A stretch of DNA of 32,000 nt. Source: Microcystis aeruginosa NIES-843 (GTDB lineage: Bacteria; Cyanobacteriota; Cyanobacteriia; Cyanobacteriales; Microcystaceae). The notes under the pieces were generated by a model, which worked only from the letters and a program-made list of their open reading frames with translations, made no database searches and was not told the DNA's origin. Positions 23,923 through 32,000 of this stretch are shown here, piece after piece (positions within the stretch are counted from its first letter, which is position 1; each line of letters starts with the position of its first letter). The stretch spans positions 2,430,001-2,462,000 of the forward strand of contig NC_010296.1 in NCBI RefSeq assembly GCF_000010625.1. The letters are read 5' to 3'. A program made the translations under genes and the position numbers.

Positions 23923-24969
23923 TCATAGCTGACTAGCGCAGGAAACTGCCCCCATTAGTCCCACTTGGGCATTAAGGACGATATGGACGGGAATATTGCT
24001 TAATAGCTCCCTCATCCGACCTTTAGCCCGAAAAGCCTTCATAAAGCTCCCCTCAGTCATTAGGGGAAGATTTTTGGCCGCAATCCCCCCCGCTATGTAT
24101 AATCCTCCGTAGGGAAGCAACTTGAGGGCTAAATTGCCCGCTTCCGCACCGTAGGCCTCGACAAAGATTTTCATGGTTTGATAACAGAGATCATCCGAGT
24201 CATCTTGGGCAAAACTGGCAATTTTAGCCGCTAAATCCACGGTTTTTTGTGGTTTACCCATTTCTGCTAACCAAGTGCGGTAAATTTCCGCCATGGCTGG
24301 CGATGACTGACTAGAGTTACTATCGTGGAGAAATCGATAGATAGAAGTGATTCCAGGACCAGAAACCACTCGCTCCACCGAAAGGCGCTCGATATTATAG
24401 AGTTCCAAGAGATAATTTAATAGTTGATATTCTAAACTCGATCGAGGGGCAAAATCGGCGTGGGAACCCTCACTAGCAAACACCTGATATTTACCCTTCG
24501 ACACAGGAATCAAAAAACCCTCTCCTAACCCCGTCCCCGCACCGATAACCGCAATCGGGGCCTCTGGTACTGTTGGGGCCGACTGTAGATTGTGCAGCTC
24601 CTCTGGGGCTAATCCTAACACCCCATAACCGATCGCCGCAAAATCATTAATTAATTTTACCCGCTCAATCTGCAGCTCGTGGCTTAGGCGGTCGCCAGTT
24701 AGAGACCAACTTAAATTAGTCAATTCGGAACTATTGTTAACCACTGGACCGGCAATACCGAAACAAGCTTTTTCCACTGGGGGAATAGTGGTTTGTCGGG
24801 CTAAAAACTGCTGGACGATCGGCACCAGATCGGGGTATTGTTTACTAGGATAAATTTCTTGATCGAGAGTAATTAGCCGGGGTTGGGGACTATCCGATGA
24901 GTTTTGGCAATCCACTAAACGCAGGATTGTTTTAGTTCCCCCGATATCTCCCCCTAAAAGAATCGTCAT
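23923..24969 (-). CDS. glk: Glucokinase
   Basis: It has the MTILLGGDIGGTKTILRLV ATP-binding N-terminus, 348 aa, and the ROK-unrelated bacterial glucokinase architecture typical of cyanobacteria. Confidence 0.9.
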   Translation of the reverse strand: MTILLGGDIGGTKTILRLVDCQNSSDSPQPRLITLDQEIYPSKQYPDLVPIVQQFLARQTTIPPVEKACFGIAGPVVNNSSELTNLSWSLTGDRLSHELQIERVKLINDFAAIGYGVLGLAPEELHNLQSAPTVPEAPIAVIGAGTGLGEGFLIPVSKGKYQVFASEGSHADFAPRSSLEYQLLNYLLELYNIERLSVERVVSGPGITSIYRFLHDSNSSQSSPAMAEIYRTWLAEMGKPQKTVDLAAKIASFAQDDSDDLCYQTMKIFVEAYGAEAGNLALKLLPYGGLYIAGGIAAKNLPLMTEGSFMKAFRAKGRMRELLSNIPVHIVLNAQVGLMGAVSCASQL

Positions 24970-25257
24970 GCTGGTTTTTCCCTGAGTTTGTCCCCATAAT
25001 TATAGTTTTTTACCCTTTCTATCAGGCAAATTTAAAGGCCACTAATTCTATACTATAGTGAAAGATGGTAATGCCTAAGCCCTAATTAAGGATTGATTAA
25101 TCGTCGCTCCGGGGCTGGAATGGGGATTTGCCAGAGGACAGAAACGGGACTTAAAGACATTTTAGGTCTAACTGTAGCCTCAAGGCGATCGATAGGGCGG
25201 CAGAACCTATCACTGTCCCCATAACTTTTAAGATAGACCAGAGAGGGAGAAATTAGC

Positions 25258-25899
25258 TTGGGTGTAGAACTTCGCAGTTACGTTTATCTTGACAATTTAC
25301 AGCTTCAACACGCCGCTTACATCGGTACAGTCGCCCAAGGATTTTTACCCTTACCCGGGGATGCTTCCCTCTGGATTGAAATTTCCCCCGGCATCGAGAT
25401 TAATCGCATCACCGATATTGCCCTCAAATCCGCCGTGGTTCGTCCGGGGGTTCTATTCGTAGAACGACTCTACGGACTCTTAGAACTCCATTCTAGCAGT
25501 CAGGGAGAGGTCAGGGCGGCCGGTCAGGCAATTTTGCAGTATTTAGGCGTTAGTCAGCGCGATTGTCTGAAACCGCAAATTGTCTCTAGCCAAATTATTC
25601 GCAACATTGACGCTTACCAAGCCCAATTAATTAACCGTAGTTCTCGGGGTATGATGTTAATGGCGGGACAGACTTTATACGTTCTAGAAGTGCAACCGGC
25701 CGCCTACGCTTCCCTGGCCGCTAATCAGGCCGAAAAAGCTGCTTTAATTAATATCCTACACGTTACTTCCGTGGGCAGTTTTGGCCGCTTATATTTAGGG
25801 GGAGAAGAACGAGATATTATCGCCGGTTCCAGGGCGGCAGTTTCAGCTTTAGAAAATATTCAAGGTCGAGCTTTTCCGGGTAGCGACAAAAAAGAATAG
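25258..25899 (+). CDS. ccmP: Carboxysome shell protein CcmP (tandem BMC domains), 213 aa, TTG start
   Basis: [50 protein letters not shown]... closely matches my recollection of CcmP from Synechococcus elongatus. GAGAGGGAGA lies upstream of the TTG. Confidence 0.8.
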   Translation: MGVELRSYVYLDNLQLQHAAYIGTVAQGFLPLPGDASLWIEISPGIEINRITDIALKSAVVRPGVLFVERLYGLLELHSSSQGEVRAAGQAILQYLGVSQRDCLKPQIVSSQIIRNIDAYQAQLINRSSRGMMLMAGQTLYVLEVQPAAYASLAANQAEKAALINILHVTSVGSFGRLYLGGEERDIIAGSRAAVSALENIQGRAFPGSDKKE

Positions 25900-26145
25900 G
25901 CTAACAAAGGCAAAAGGCAGGAGGTAAGGGTGCATCTCATTTTTGTCAATCTACCAATTGGGATTTTTACTTGGAAACTCTCGGCTAAAATTGGGCATTA
26001 CTTCCGATTTTATTACTCAATCCAAGCTTTTGGGGGGTTCTACCCCCCAAACCCCTAGGGCTGTTTCATTCTCCCATCAGAATATCAAAAGTAAAAGCGA
26101 TCACTGTCAGGTAAAATGATAAGTGACCGCCAACTTTTTAAATAT

Positions 26146-26220
26146 ATGTTGAGCTTAATAGAAAAACTAAAACAAGTCAAGGACTTTCGGAAAGATAAAG
26201 GAAAAAGACACCCTTTATGG
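26146..26220 (+). pseudogene. ISAs1-family transposase, N-terminal 25-codon fragment cut off by MITE-A
   Basis: MLSLIEKLKQVKDFRKDKGKRHPLW is the conserved N-terminus of ISAs1-type transposases (DDE_Tnp_1-associated domain). The sequence then runs into MITE-A at 26226. Confidence 0.55.
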
Positions 26221-26225
26221 ATAAG

Positions 26226-26442
26226 TAGGGTCTGCTGAATAAATCTAAAAACCTTGTTGCATAAGACTTTTGGACTTTTTTCCCCTCAAAAAGTGCCAGC
26301 CATTGCGGGGATCGGGGGGAAAATTCCTGGACTTTTTCCCTGAAAATTAGGTAGTTGACCACCTGAAAATCGATAAAACCCCACACCCCACACCCCACAC
26401 CCCACACCCTGCCCCCAGGAAAAGCTTTTTCAGCAAACCCTA
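26226..26442. mobile_element. MITE-A, copy c
   Basis: It is collinear with 6336-6552 and directly abuts MITE-B at the shared CCCTAAGTAGTCG junction. Confidence 0.8.
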
Positions 26443-26656
26443 AGTAGTCGTGCAAAATTAATTTCCTAGTCGAGACTCCGAGACTCCGAGACTCCGAGAC
26501 TCCGAGACAGGAGACTCCGAGACGGGAGACTCCGAGACGGGAGACGGGAGACAGCTATTAGGGATCGGATTTGAGTTTTCAGTTCACTGTTTCCTCACAC
26601 CAGAAGTCTGACGGAGTAGTGGCTTAGATGTGTAATTAATTTTGCTTAGGTACTTA
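26441..26656. mobile_element. MITE-B, copy b (216 bp)
   Basis: It is collinear with 3981-4176 but has a longer, degenerate octamer array. Confidence 0.8.
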
Positions 26657-27053
26657 CTCACTATTATACTTCTCGGAAATTACCTCTAAAAACAAAATCG
26701 GCAAGATATACTTTTCTTGCCACAAAACATAGCTTAACCGACCTCTTTCTCCCGTATCATGGTTGACTCCAAGGGACAAGAAACCATCGGGTACAAAAGC
26801 TGATTCCTCTGGATTATAATAGACAGCCATATCTACCCCAAAATACCAATCATCTCGACTGGTCCAAATTAAGGCTAATAAACTTAGCAGTAGCGACTGT
26901 CTTGATTGTCAAGGGGTAACTCAAAAAACAATCAAGGAGTTGCTGTCGAACCTAAAATCTCAAGCCAGAAAAAAGCGCAGCAAAAACTAAGTCGCTCAGG
27001 TTAAACCAAAGCAAGCGCAACCCTTGATCAGAGATAACAAAAAGTGTGAATCT

Positions 27054-28232
27054 CTAGGAACAAGGTGGTAAATTGTCAGCAAGCTGCCAAGGCTGATTTT
27101 GGCGAACCATTGCATTAAGAATAACTAAGATTTTCCGCACACAAGCAGTCAGAGCCAGTTTTTTTGATTTACCTCGTCCGACTAGGCGTTCGTAAAAGGT
27201 TTTAATCACCGGATTATGACCCATAGCTACCACCGCTCCCATGTAAAGAGTCGCCCGAATCTGAGCGCGACCTCCCTGAATCATTCGCTTACCTTTATGT
27301 TGACCACTATCAGGATTAATCGGTGCGACACCGACTAAGCGAGAGATTTGTTTGGCGGTTAATTGACCGAGTTCTGGTAAGTCGGAGACGAGAGTAGTAG
27401 AAATTACTTGACCAATCCCCGGCACGGTTTTGAGTAAATTAACTTTCTCGAGCCATTGTTGGTTAGCTTGGGTCAATTCCTCAATTTCTTGATTGAGTTT
27501 TTCGAGGCAGTTATCGAGATACTCAAGATGGGCTTCGATATCGACCAAAGCTTTACCGCGAGCGCGTTCCCGTCGGTTTTTTTCGGCAGTCCGCATCTCG
27601 ACAAGTTGCCGGCGACGACTAATTAGGGTTGGCTGAATAAATCTAAAAACCTTGTTGGGTAAGACTTTTAGACTTTTTGTCAATCAAAAAGTACCCGGCA
27701 TGGGAGTGATCAGGGGGAAAATTCCGGGACTTTTTCCCTGAAAATTAGGTAATTGGCCACCTCAAAACCGGTAAAACCCCACACCCCACACCCCACACCC
27801 CACACCCTGCCCCCAGGAAAAACTTTTTCAGCAGACCCTAATTAAGTCGCCCAATTGACGAGATTCTTCCGACTCAACCGCTAATATTTGCGGTTGCATT
27901 GCCTCGCCAAAATGAGCTAAGATTTGAGCGTCAATGGCATCGGTTTTGGCTAATTTACCAGTAGCTTTGGCAAAGTCTCTTCCTTGACGGGGATTAATTA
28001 AGGCTACAGGTAAATCCGCTTCTTGTAATTGAATCACCAGTTCAGTTTCTCAACCTCCTGTCGCTTCCAGAACGATGAGGTTGACAGTGTAGGATTTTAG
28101 GGTTTCGACCAGTTTAGATATGTCCTCCTTTGTGTTAGCAACTTTCATCGCTTTACCGAGGGGACGAAGGTAAACATCTAGGGTCGCTTTACTAATGTCA
28201 ATGCCTACCCATTGAGAGATATTTTCCCTGAT
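27054..28232 (-). pseudogene. IS110-family DEDD recombinase (transposase) carrying three lesions
   Basis: Conserved segments are WVGIDISKATLDVYL..., LIVLEATGG, KTDAIDAQILAHF and TVPGIGQVISTTLV...LVGVAPINPDSGQHKG. The three lesions are no canonical start codon, an in-frame TGA at 28050-28052, and the MITE-A insertion at 27624-27840. Confidence 0.8.
27624..27840. mobile_element. MITE-A, copy d, inserted in the IS110 recombinase gene
   Basis: Full TIRs are present. The flanks rejoin to give ...LGDLISRRRQLVEM.... The palindromic AT-rich target TAATTA makes the TSD length ambiguous (2, 4 or 6 bp). Confidence 0.85.
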
Positions 28233-28456
28233 TGAACCTAACTAAAGCAAGCAGAATTGATGGTTATTTTGGAGAGCATCCCCTTGATTTTACTCATCCT
28301 TGCCCGATACGGTCTCTTAGCTTAACAATTGATTGTTTTCGCCACGACCCCGGCGACTGTTCGAGTTTTGTCAGGGAGATTATGGTGGTGACCCTTGCTA
28401 CGAAGCGGTCTTTTCCGACCAAGGTTGGGACGGTCTACCACCTCTCTCAATATACA
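28233..28456 (-). ncRNA. Candidate bridge-RNA region (5' non-coding left end of the IS110-family element)
   Basis: This is positional inference only. IS110-group elements encode a structured guide (bridge) RNA between the left end and the recombinase start. Here 224 nt of non-coding sequence occupies that position. I did not fold it. Confidence 0.3.
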
Positions 28457-28654
28457 AGGTTGGGAATATCATTCTGTAACTGATTATCCACTGGAGTTTC
28501 GTCGGAAGAGGGCAAGTCTTCGGCGCTGGGAAGAGGGCGATTTTTGTTATAGGTGAGGTTAACCATAGCTCCCGCAAGCGTGGTGTTTGATTACTGCTAA
28601 TTCTAACGGAAAATTACGGTTTTAGATTTCGTTGTTTTTGTGCGATCAAGTCTA

Positions 28655-29798
28655 ATACCATTTTTCAAAAAGTATGTCATACTTGGTAAAGGTATAGTTT
28701 GTGTGGTAAAAAGGCAATGAGTGGAGTCCCTAATATTAATGTTGCTGAGTCAGTAGAAGACTTAAAATCCTTGTTGAAGCAACAAGTAACCTCTTTAAAC
28801 TTTGCTAAAGTACAATCCCTGTATCTACTAAAAATTAAGGAGGTAGAAACGGTTCGTCATCTCGCCGTGTTAATAGGACGCTCAGAAAGAACTATTCATC
28901 GCTGGTTAAGTTGTTATCGAGAAGGAGGGATAGAAAATCTCTTGTCAGAACCAGAAAAACTGGGAAGACCCAAAAAGATTTCAGTGGAAGAAGCCGCTCT
29001 AATTCAGAATGAATTAAAAGACCCAGAAGGATTTCAAAGTTATAAAGAAATTCATTTTTGGGTATCAATTATTTTAGAAATACCCACCAGTTATATAACT
29101 GTTTACCGTCTCGTAAGAAATGAATTACAAGCTAAATTAAAAGTGGCTCGACCTCAAAATTTAAAACAATTACCAGGAGAAGTAAAAATATTCCAAAATA
29201 ATCTATCTGAACAGCTACAAGCTTTACTAGAAAAGGAATCTGAAAAAGTTAGTCAATATTTAAAAGTCCGCTTCTGGTGTCAAGATGAAAGTCGCTTCGG
29301 CTGTCATACCATTGTCAGAGATAAAATAACAATTAAAGGCATAAAGCCCCTTGGTAATTTTCAGTATAATTTTCAATATCTCTGGCTCTATGGTTTAATA
29401 GAACCTCGAACAGGTAGCAGTTTTTTCTATGAATTTTCTCATTTAGATGGGGAATGTTTTAATCAATATTTAACGCTTTTTTCTCAAGCTTTTTCTGAGG
29501 AATTACATATTATTCAATTAGATAATGCTCCCGCACATACGGCGACCGACCTAGAAATACCTGATAATATTATCCTATTTTATCAACCTCCCTATTGTCC
29601 AGAAGTAAATCCAATTGAGAGAGTTTGGCTATATTTGAAAAACCTATTGGCCTGGGGCAATTTTAACTCCCTTGATAACTTAAGAAGTAAACTTTACCAT
29701 CTTTTAAATTCTCTATCCAATGACACGATCGGGTATTTGACGGGATGGTCTTGGATTTTAGAAGCTCTATGTCTGTCAGGAATTTAGAAAAATGGTAT
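28655..29798 (+). mobile_element. IS630-family (Tc1/mariner superfamily) IS, about 1144 bp
   Basis: There are 12-bp perfect TIRs, ATACCATTTTTC (28655-28666) / GAAAAATGGTAT (29787-29798). The left flank is TA and the right flank is AA, so the expected TA duplication is not cleanly confirmed. Confidence 0.75.
28717..29787 (+). CDS. IS630-family DDE transposase
   Basis: An HTH region is followed by the triad contexts WCQDESRFG, IQLDNAPAH and PPYCPEVNPIERVW. The likely start is MSGVPNINV at 28717. Confidence 0.85.
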   Translation: MSGVPNINVAESVEDLKSLLKQQVTSLNFAKVQSLYLLKIKEVETVRHLAVLIGRSERTIHRWLSCYREGGIENLLSEPEKLGRPKKISVEEAALIQNELKDPEGFQSYKEIHFWVSIILEIPTSYITVYRLVRNELQAKLKVARPQNLKQLPGEVKIFQNNLSEQLQALLEKESEKVSQYLKVRFWCQDESRFGCHTIVRDKITIKGIKPLGNFQYNFQYLWLYGLIEPRTGSSFFYEFSHLDGECFNQYLTLFSQAFSEELHIIQLDNAPAHTATDLEIPDNIILFYQPPYCPEVNPIERVWLYLKNLLAWGNFNSLDNLRSKLYHLLNSLSNDTIGYLTGWSWILEALCLSGI

Positions 29799-29863
29799 AA
29801 GCGATGATTGTTTTTCCTGGTTGCAAGGCTCTGCCTAATTGTCAACACATTATTCTTAAGATA

Positions 29864-29902
29864 TTATCCAACAAGGTTTTTAGATTTATTCAGCCAGCCC
29901 TA
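29864..29902. mobile_element. MITE-A terminal fragment (solo end, about 39 bp)
   Basis: TTATCCAACAAGGTTTTTAGATTTATTCAGCCAGCCCTA matches one end of MITE-A. The rest of the element is absent. Confidence 0.6.
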
Positions 29903-29903
29903 T

Positions 29904-30191
29904 TTAATGATCGCTACCGTTTTCCTGTACCGCTCCTAACTGTTGACGCACATCATCGATCGCTAGATTTAACTGGGCAATTTTATCTTCTAAACTGCGG
30001 CGGGCCACTTCCATGCCTTCCTCTGGAGTCAAGCGCCCATTGCGGCTCTCCTCCAAAAAAGCTTGATTATCCCCATCTGCTAAACCGCGACGGCCGCGAT
30101 TAGCCAACACTGTCCCCAAAACACCGCCCACTAAACCACCGACAATCGCACCGGCTAAAAAACCGCCCGTAAACCCATCTCGCTGACTCAT
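29904..30191 (-). CDS. YtxH-domain-like small membrane-anchored protein, 95 aa
   Basis: A Gly-rich hydrophobic N-terminus (GFLAGAIVGGLVGGVLGTVLA) is followed by a charged coiled-coil-like tail. Confidence 0.55.
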   Translation of the reverse strand: MSQRDGFTGGFLAGAIVGGLVGGVLGTVLANRGRRGLADGDNQAFLEESRNGRLTPEEGMEVARRSLEDKIAQLNLAIDDVRQQLGAVQENGSDH

Positions 30192-30205
30192 AATCCCTTT
30201 TTCTC

Positions 30206-30859
30206 CTAATAGGTTCCAAAAGCTCGATCGCCGGCATCGCCCAATCCCGGCACGATGTAACCGCCGCTATTTAATCCTTCATCGATAATAGCCGTATAGA
30301 TGTTCAAGCTGGGATAATTTTGACTCAATTTCTGTAAAGCTGGCGGGGCAGCCACCACGGAAATCAGGCGAATCAGGGTAGGATCAACGCCTCTGCCGGT
30401 AATTTCTGCCATTGCCATGGAAATTGATCCCCCCGTGGCTAACATCGGTTCGAGAATTAAGACTCTCGTGGCCGGATCAAAACTGGCCGGTAATTTATTT
30501 AAATAACAACTCACCTCCAGGGTTTCCTCATTTCTGGCCAAACCGAGGTGATAGGTACTAGCTAGGGGTAAAAGGCTTTGGGCCCCTTCCAACAGGGCTA
30601 ATCCTGCCCTTAAAATCGGAACTACGGCGATCGGTACGCTAGGATCGATAAAAGTAGCGGCACATTCCGCTAGAGGGGTTTTAACGCTAGTTTCCAGGGT
30701 CGGCAACCATTGCCGCGCCGCTTCGTAGGTTAACCAGCGCCCTAGTTCCGTCATCGCTGTTTTAAACAGTACCGAGGGGGTATTTTGATCGCGGGCGACC
30801 GCCAGCCAATGCTTAACCAGAGGATGTTCGGGAACGTAGACCCGCAGTTGTAATACCAT
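30206..30859 (-). CDS. upp: Uracil phosphoribosyltransferase
   Basis: It has the PRPP-binding motif VLILEPMLATGGS and the C-terminal YIVPGLGDAGDRAFGT, 217 aa. Confidence 0.92.
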   Translation of the reverse strand: MVLQLRVYVPEHPLVKHWLAVARDQNTPSVLFKTAMTELGRWLTYEAARQWLPTLETSVKTPLAECAATFIDPSVPIAVVPILRAGLALLEGAQSLLPLASTYHLGLARNEETLEVSCYLNKLPASFDPATRVLILEPMLATGGSISMAMAEITGRGVDPTLIRLISVVAAPPALQKLSQNYPSLNIYTAIIDEGLNSGGYIVPGLGDAGDRAFGTY

Positions 30860-30920
30860 GAAAACACTAGAACTCGATCGAGGGCTAAACTTTATCTTAA
30901 GCGAAAAAGCCTTCAGGAGT

Positions 30921-30952
30921 CAGTTATCAGTGATCAGTGATCAGTAATCAGC
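30921..30952. repeat. STRR-like heptamer array, (ATCAGTG)-type, followed by a C-rich CCCCA-type tract to about 31025
   Basis: Read directly as CAGTTAT CAGTGAT CAGTGAT CAGTAAT, then CCCCATCCCCCAACCCCACACCCCACTTCCCACACCCC. Confidence 0.75.
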
Positions 30953-31030
30953 TTTTTTCTCCCTATCTCCCCATCCCCCAACCCCACACCCCACTTCCCA
31001 CACCCCTAAAACCCAACCCCCACCACTAGG

Positions 31031-31071
31031 TTAAAATAAAAGCAAGCCAGAAGCTTGCGAGCGGCTTCTGA
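31031..31071 (-). terminator. Probable intrinsic terminator downstream of rpsU
   Basis: On the minus strand a 7-bp stem CAGAAGC/GCTTCTG with a 9-nt loop is followed by GCTTGCTTTTATTTT. Confidence 0.5.
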
Positions 31072-31082
31072 CTTGGGGAGTT

Positions 31083-31265
31083 TTAACGACGACGGGTTCT
31101 TTGTCGTCTCCGGGCTACTGCTTTACGCTTTCTCTTTTCTTGAGGGGTTTCAAAAAATTGATGCTTTTTGATATCCGCATAAATTCCCGCTTTCGCTACC
31201 TGTCGCTTAAAACGACGCAGGGCTGATTCGATCGCCTCGTTCTGACCAACTACCACTTGGGTCAT
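31083..31265 (-). CDS. rpsU: 30S ribosomal protein S21
   Basis: [48 protein letters not shown]..., 60 aa. Confidence 0.95.
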   Translation of the reverse strand: MTQVVVGQNEAIESALRRFKRQVAKAGIYADIKKHQFFETPQEKRKRKAVARRRQRTRRR

Positions 31266-31331
31266 TAACCTAATTCACCTCCTGTAATCGCTCTCTGCCT
31301 AAAAAATGCCAACTTCTCATTATAGCACAAT

Positions 31332-31685
31332 CTAGGGTAAAAAGCGATCCAAGGCGGCCTTTAATTCTTCAATTTCTGTCTCGATACTACCTTCCTGGGC
31401 AGCCCGGGCAATACATTCGCTCAGATGTTCGTCGAGGATCATTCTGGCGACGCGATCAATCGCCCCGCGAATAGCGGCAATTTGCATCAAAACTTCGGGA
31501 CAGGGACGATTTTCCGATACCATCGTCTTGATGCCGCGAATATGTCCTTCGATGCGCGAGAGACGGTTAATAATTTGCTTCAGGGAAGCTTCGCTATGGA
31601 CGTGGGGAGTCCCTTTTGACTCGTGGTCATGTCCCGTCTCGTCGTGGTTGTGAAGGGGGTCGAAAGGGGTAATTTGATTAGTCAA
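31332..31685 (-). CDS. CsoR/RcnR-family (DUF156) metal-sensing transcriptional repressor with a His-rich N-terminus (InrS-like)
   Basis: LKQIINRLSRIEGHIRGIKTMVSENRPCPEVLMQIAAIRGAIDRV...DEHLSEC contains the C-H-C ligand pattern. The N-terminal sequence is HNHDETGHDHESKGTPHVH. Confidence 0.8.
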   Translation of the reverse strand: MTNQITPFDPLHNHDETGHDHESKGTPHVHSEASLKQIINRLSRIEGHIRGIKTMVSENRPCPEVLMQIAAIRGAIDRVARMILDEHLSECIARAAQEGSIETEIEELKAALDRFLP

Positions 31686-31794
31686 GACCTTACCGTCAAT
31701 TCAGTTCTACTCTCTAGTGTGCCACAGTTGCGAACCCCAGTCCCTAGAATGGTTTTGTCTGGTTTAAATTTCCGTTCAGGGGTCTTCGGTTTGA

Positions 31795-31821
31795 AAGTGG
31801 GAAGTGGGAAGTGGGAAGTAG
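31795..31821. repeat. Heptamer array (AAGTGGG) x3
   Basis: Read directly from the sequence. It is complementary to the CCCACTT units at 17899-17917. Confidence 0.75.
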
Positions 31822-31855
31822 GTTTTTTAAAGTTCGATTGGGAGTGAGAGATTAA

Positions 31856-31927
31856 AGCTGGTGATGGGATTTGAACCCGCGACCGGCTGATTACAAATCA
31901 GCTGCTCTACCACTGAGCTACACCAGC
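31856..31927 (-). tRNA. tRNA-Thr (anticodon UGU)
   Basis: I folded it manually: acceptor GCTGGTG/CACCAGC, D arm GCTC-AGTGGTA-GAGC, anticodon arm GCTGA-TTTGTAA-TCAGC, T arm GCGGG-TTCAAAT-CCCAT (one C-A mismatch). Confidence 0.8.
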
Positions 31928-31955
31928 ATTTTTGACCAACCAATTATAACACAAA

Positions 31956-32000
31956 TAGGGCTTGCTGAAAAAGTTTTTCCCGCGGGCAGGGTGTGGGGTT
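31956..32000. mobile_element. MITE-A, partial copy cut by the window end
   Basis: TAGGGCTTGCTGAAAAAGTTTTTCCCGCGGGCAGGGTGTGGGGTT matches the start of copy b. Confidence 0.7.

Larger units (their letters stand above)
26894..28456 (-). mobile_element. IS110-family element (about 1.34 kb of its own sequence) with a MITE-A nested in the recombinase gene
   Basis: The limits are defined by the in-frame rejoining of the Uma2 halves. A CT dinucleotide is present at both junctions. There are no terminal IRs, as is usual for IS110. Confidence 0.7.
26657..28566 (-). pseudogene. Uma2-family (DUF820) endonuclease gene, split by an IS110-family element and 3'-truncated by MITE-B. The coding pieces are 28457-28566 and 26657-26893.
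   Basis: The N-terminal piece is MVNLTYNKNRPLPSAEDLPSSDETPVDNQLQNDIPN. The C-terminal piece is LLLSLLALIWTSRDDWYFGVDMAVYYNPEESAFVPDGFLSLGV...YVLWQEKYILPILFLEVISEKYNSE. Both match the conserved Uma2 pattern. The stop codon is supplied by the MITE terminus. Confidence 0.7.

Noticed and set aside
26177-26455. 92-aa minus-strand ORF
   Set aside because: It is composed almost entirely of MITE-A sequence (WGVGCGVWG comes from the G-run array).
28232-28483. 83-aa plus-strand ORF
   Set aside because: It lies antisense across the IS110 left non-coding end and the Uma2 N-terminal fragment and has no family resemblance. The region is better explained as IS110 non-coding sequence.
28655-29798. Clean TA target-site duplication for the IS630 element
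   Set aside because: The left flank is TA but the right flank reads AA, so I do not claim a confirmed TSD. The boundaries rest on the 12-bp perfect TIRs only.
29804-30103. 99-aa plus-strand ORF (and 29663-29848 minus)
   Set aside because: It spans the IS630 flank and a MITE-A fragment, then runs antisense to the YtxH-like gene.
31425-31847. Plus-strand ORFs 31425-31619 and 31623-31847
   Set aside because: The first is antisense to the CsoR-family gene. The second covers intergenic sequence and the AAGTGGG heptamer array.

Overview
The window looks like cyanobacterial chromosome, probably Microcystis-like. That guess rests on HIP1 GCGATCGC sites, ccmP, PEP-CTERM, STRR-like heptamers and very high IS/MITE density, and is inference only. 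By my coordinates about 60% of the 32 kb is mobile or mobile-derived DNA.

Housekeeping genes sit in small islands:
- glmS
- glk
- ccmP
- upp
- rpsU
- a CsoR/InrS-like repressor
- a DUF3067 gene
- a YtxH-like gene
- tRNA-Gly(CCC) and tRNA-Thr(UGU)

Between the islands I can support:
- two near-identical IS1634-family copies in direct orientation (1-1244, partial, and 20271-22435)
- an IS607-family element with tnpA and tnpB
- a tnpB-only IS605-family element
- a second solitary tnpB
- two identical IS1380-family copies in inverted orientation, one of which carries a nested ISL3 element
- two different IS5-family elements, one of which carries the second IS1380 copy
- a degenerate IS110-family element
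- an IS630-family element
- an ISAs1 transposase fragment
- three MITE families in about 12 full or partial copies

Several host genes can be rejoined in frame across precise insertions, with target-site duplications readable at the junctions:
- a MazF-like toxin, split by the IS605 element
- a Uma2-family gene, split by the IS110 element and then truncated by a MITE
- a PEP-CTERM protein gene, split by an IS5-family element
- a RelE/ParE-like toxin, truncated by a MITE

I see no CRISPR array, rRNA, prophage or clear multi-gene defence operon.

The items most worth follow-up are RNA-guided mobile-element candidates:
- three TnpB genes plus one orphan right-end/omega-RNA-like remnant
- a candidate bridge-RNA region in the IS110 element

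Other leads are two toxin-antitoxin loci that kept only the antitoxin, a modular MITE family carrying a canonical G-quadruplex motif, and an orphaned aspartic-protease/partner gene pair.
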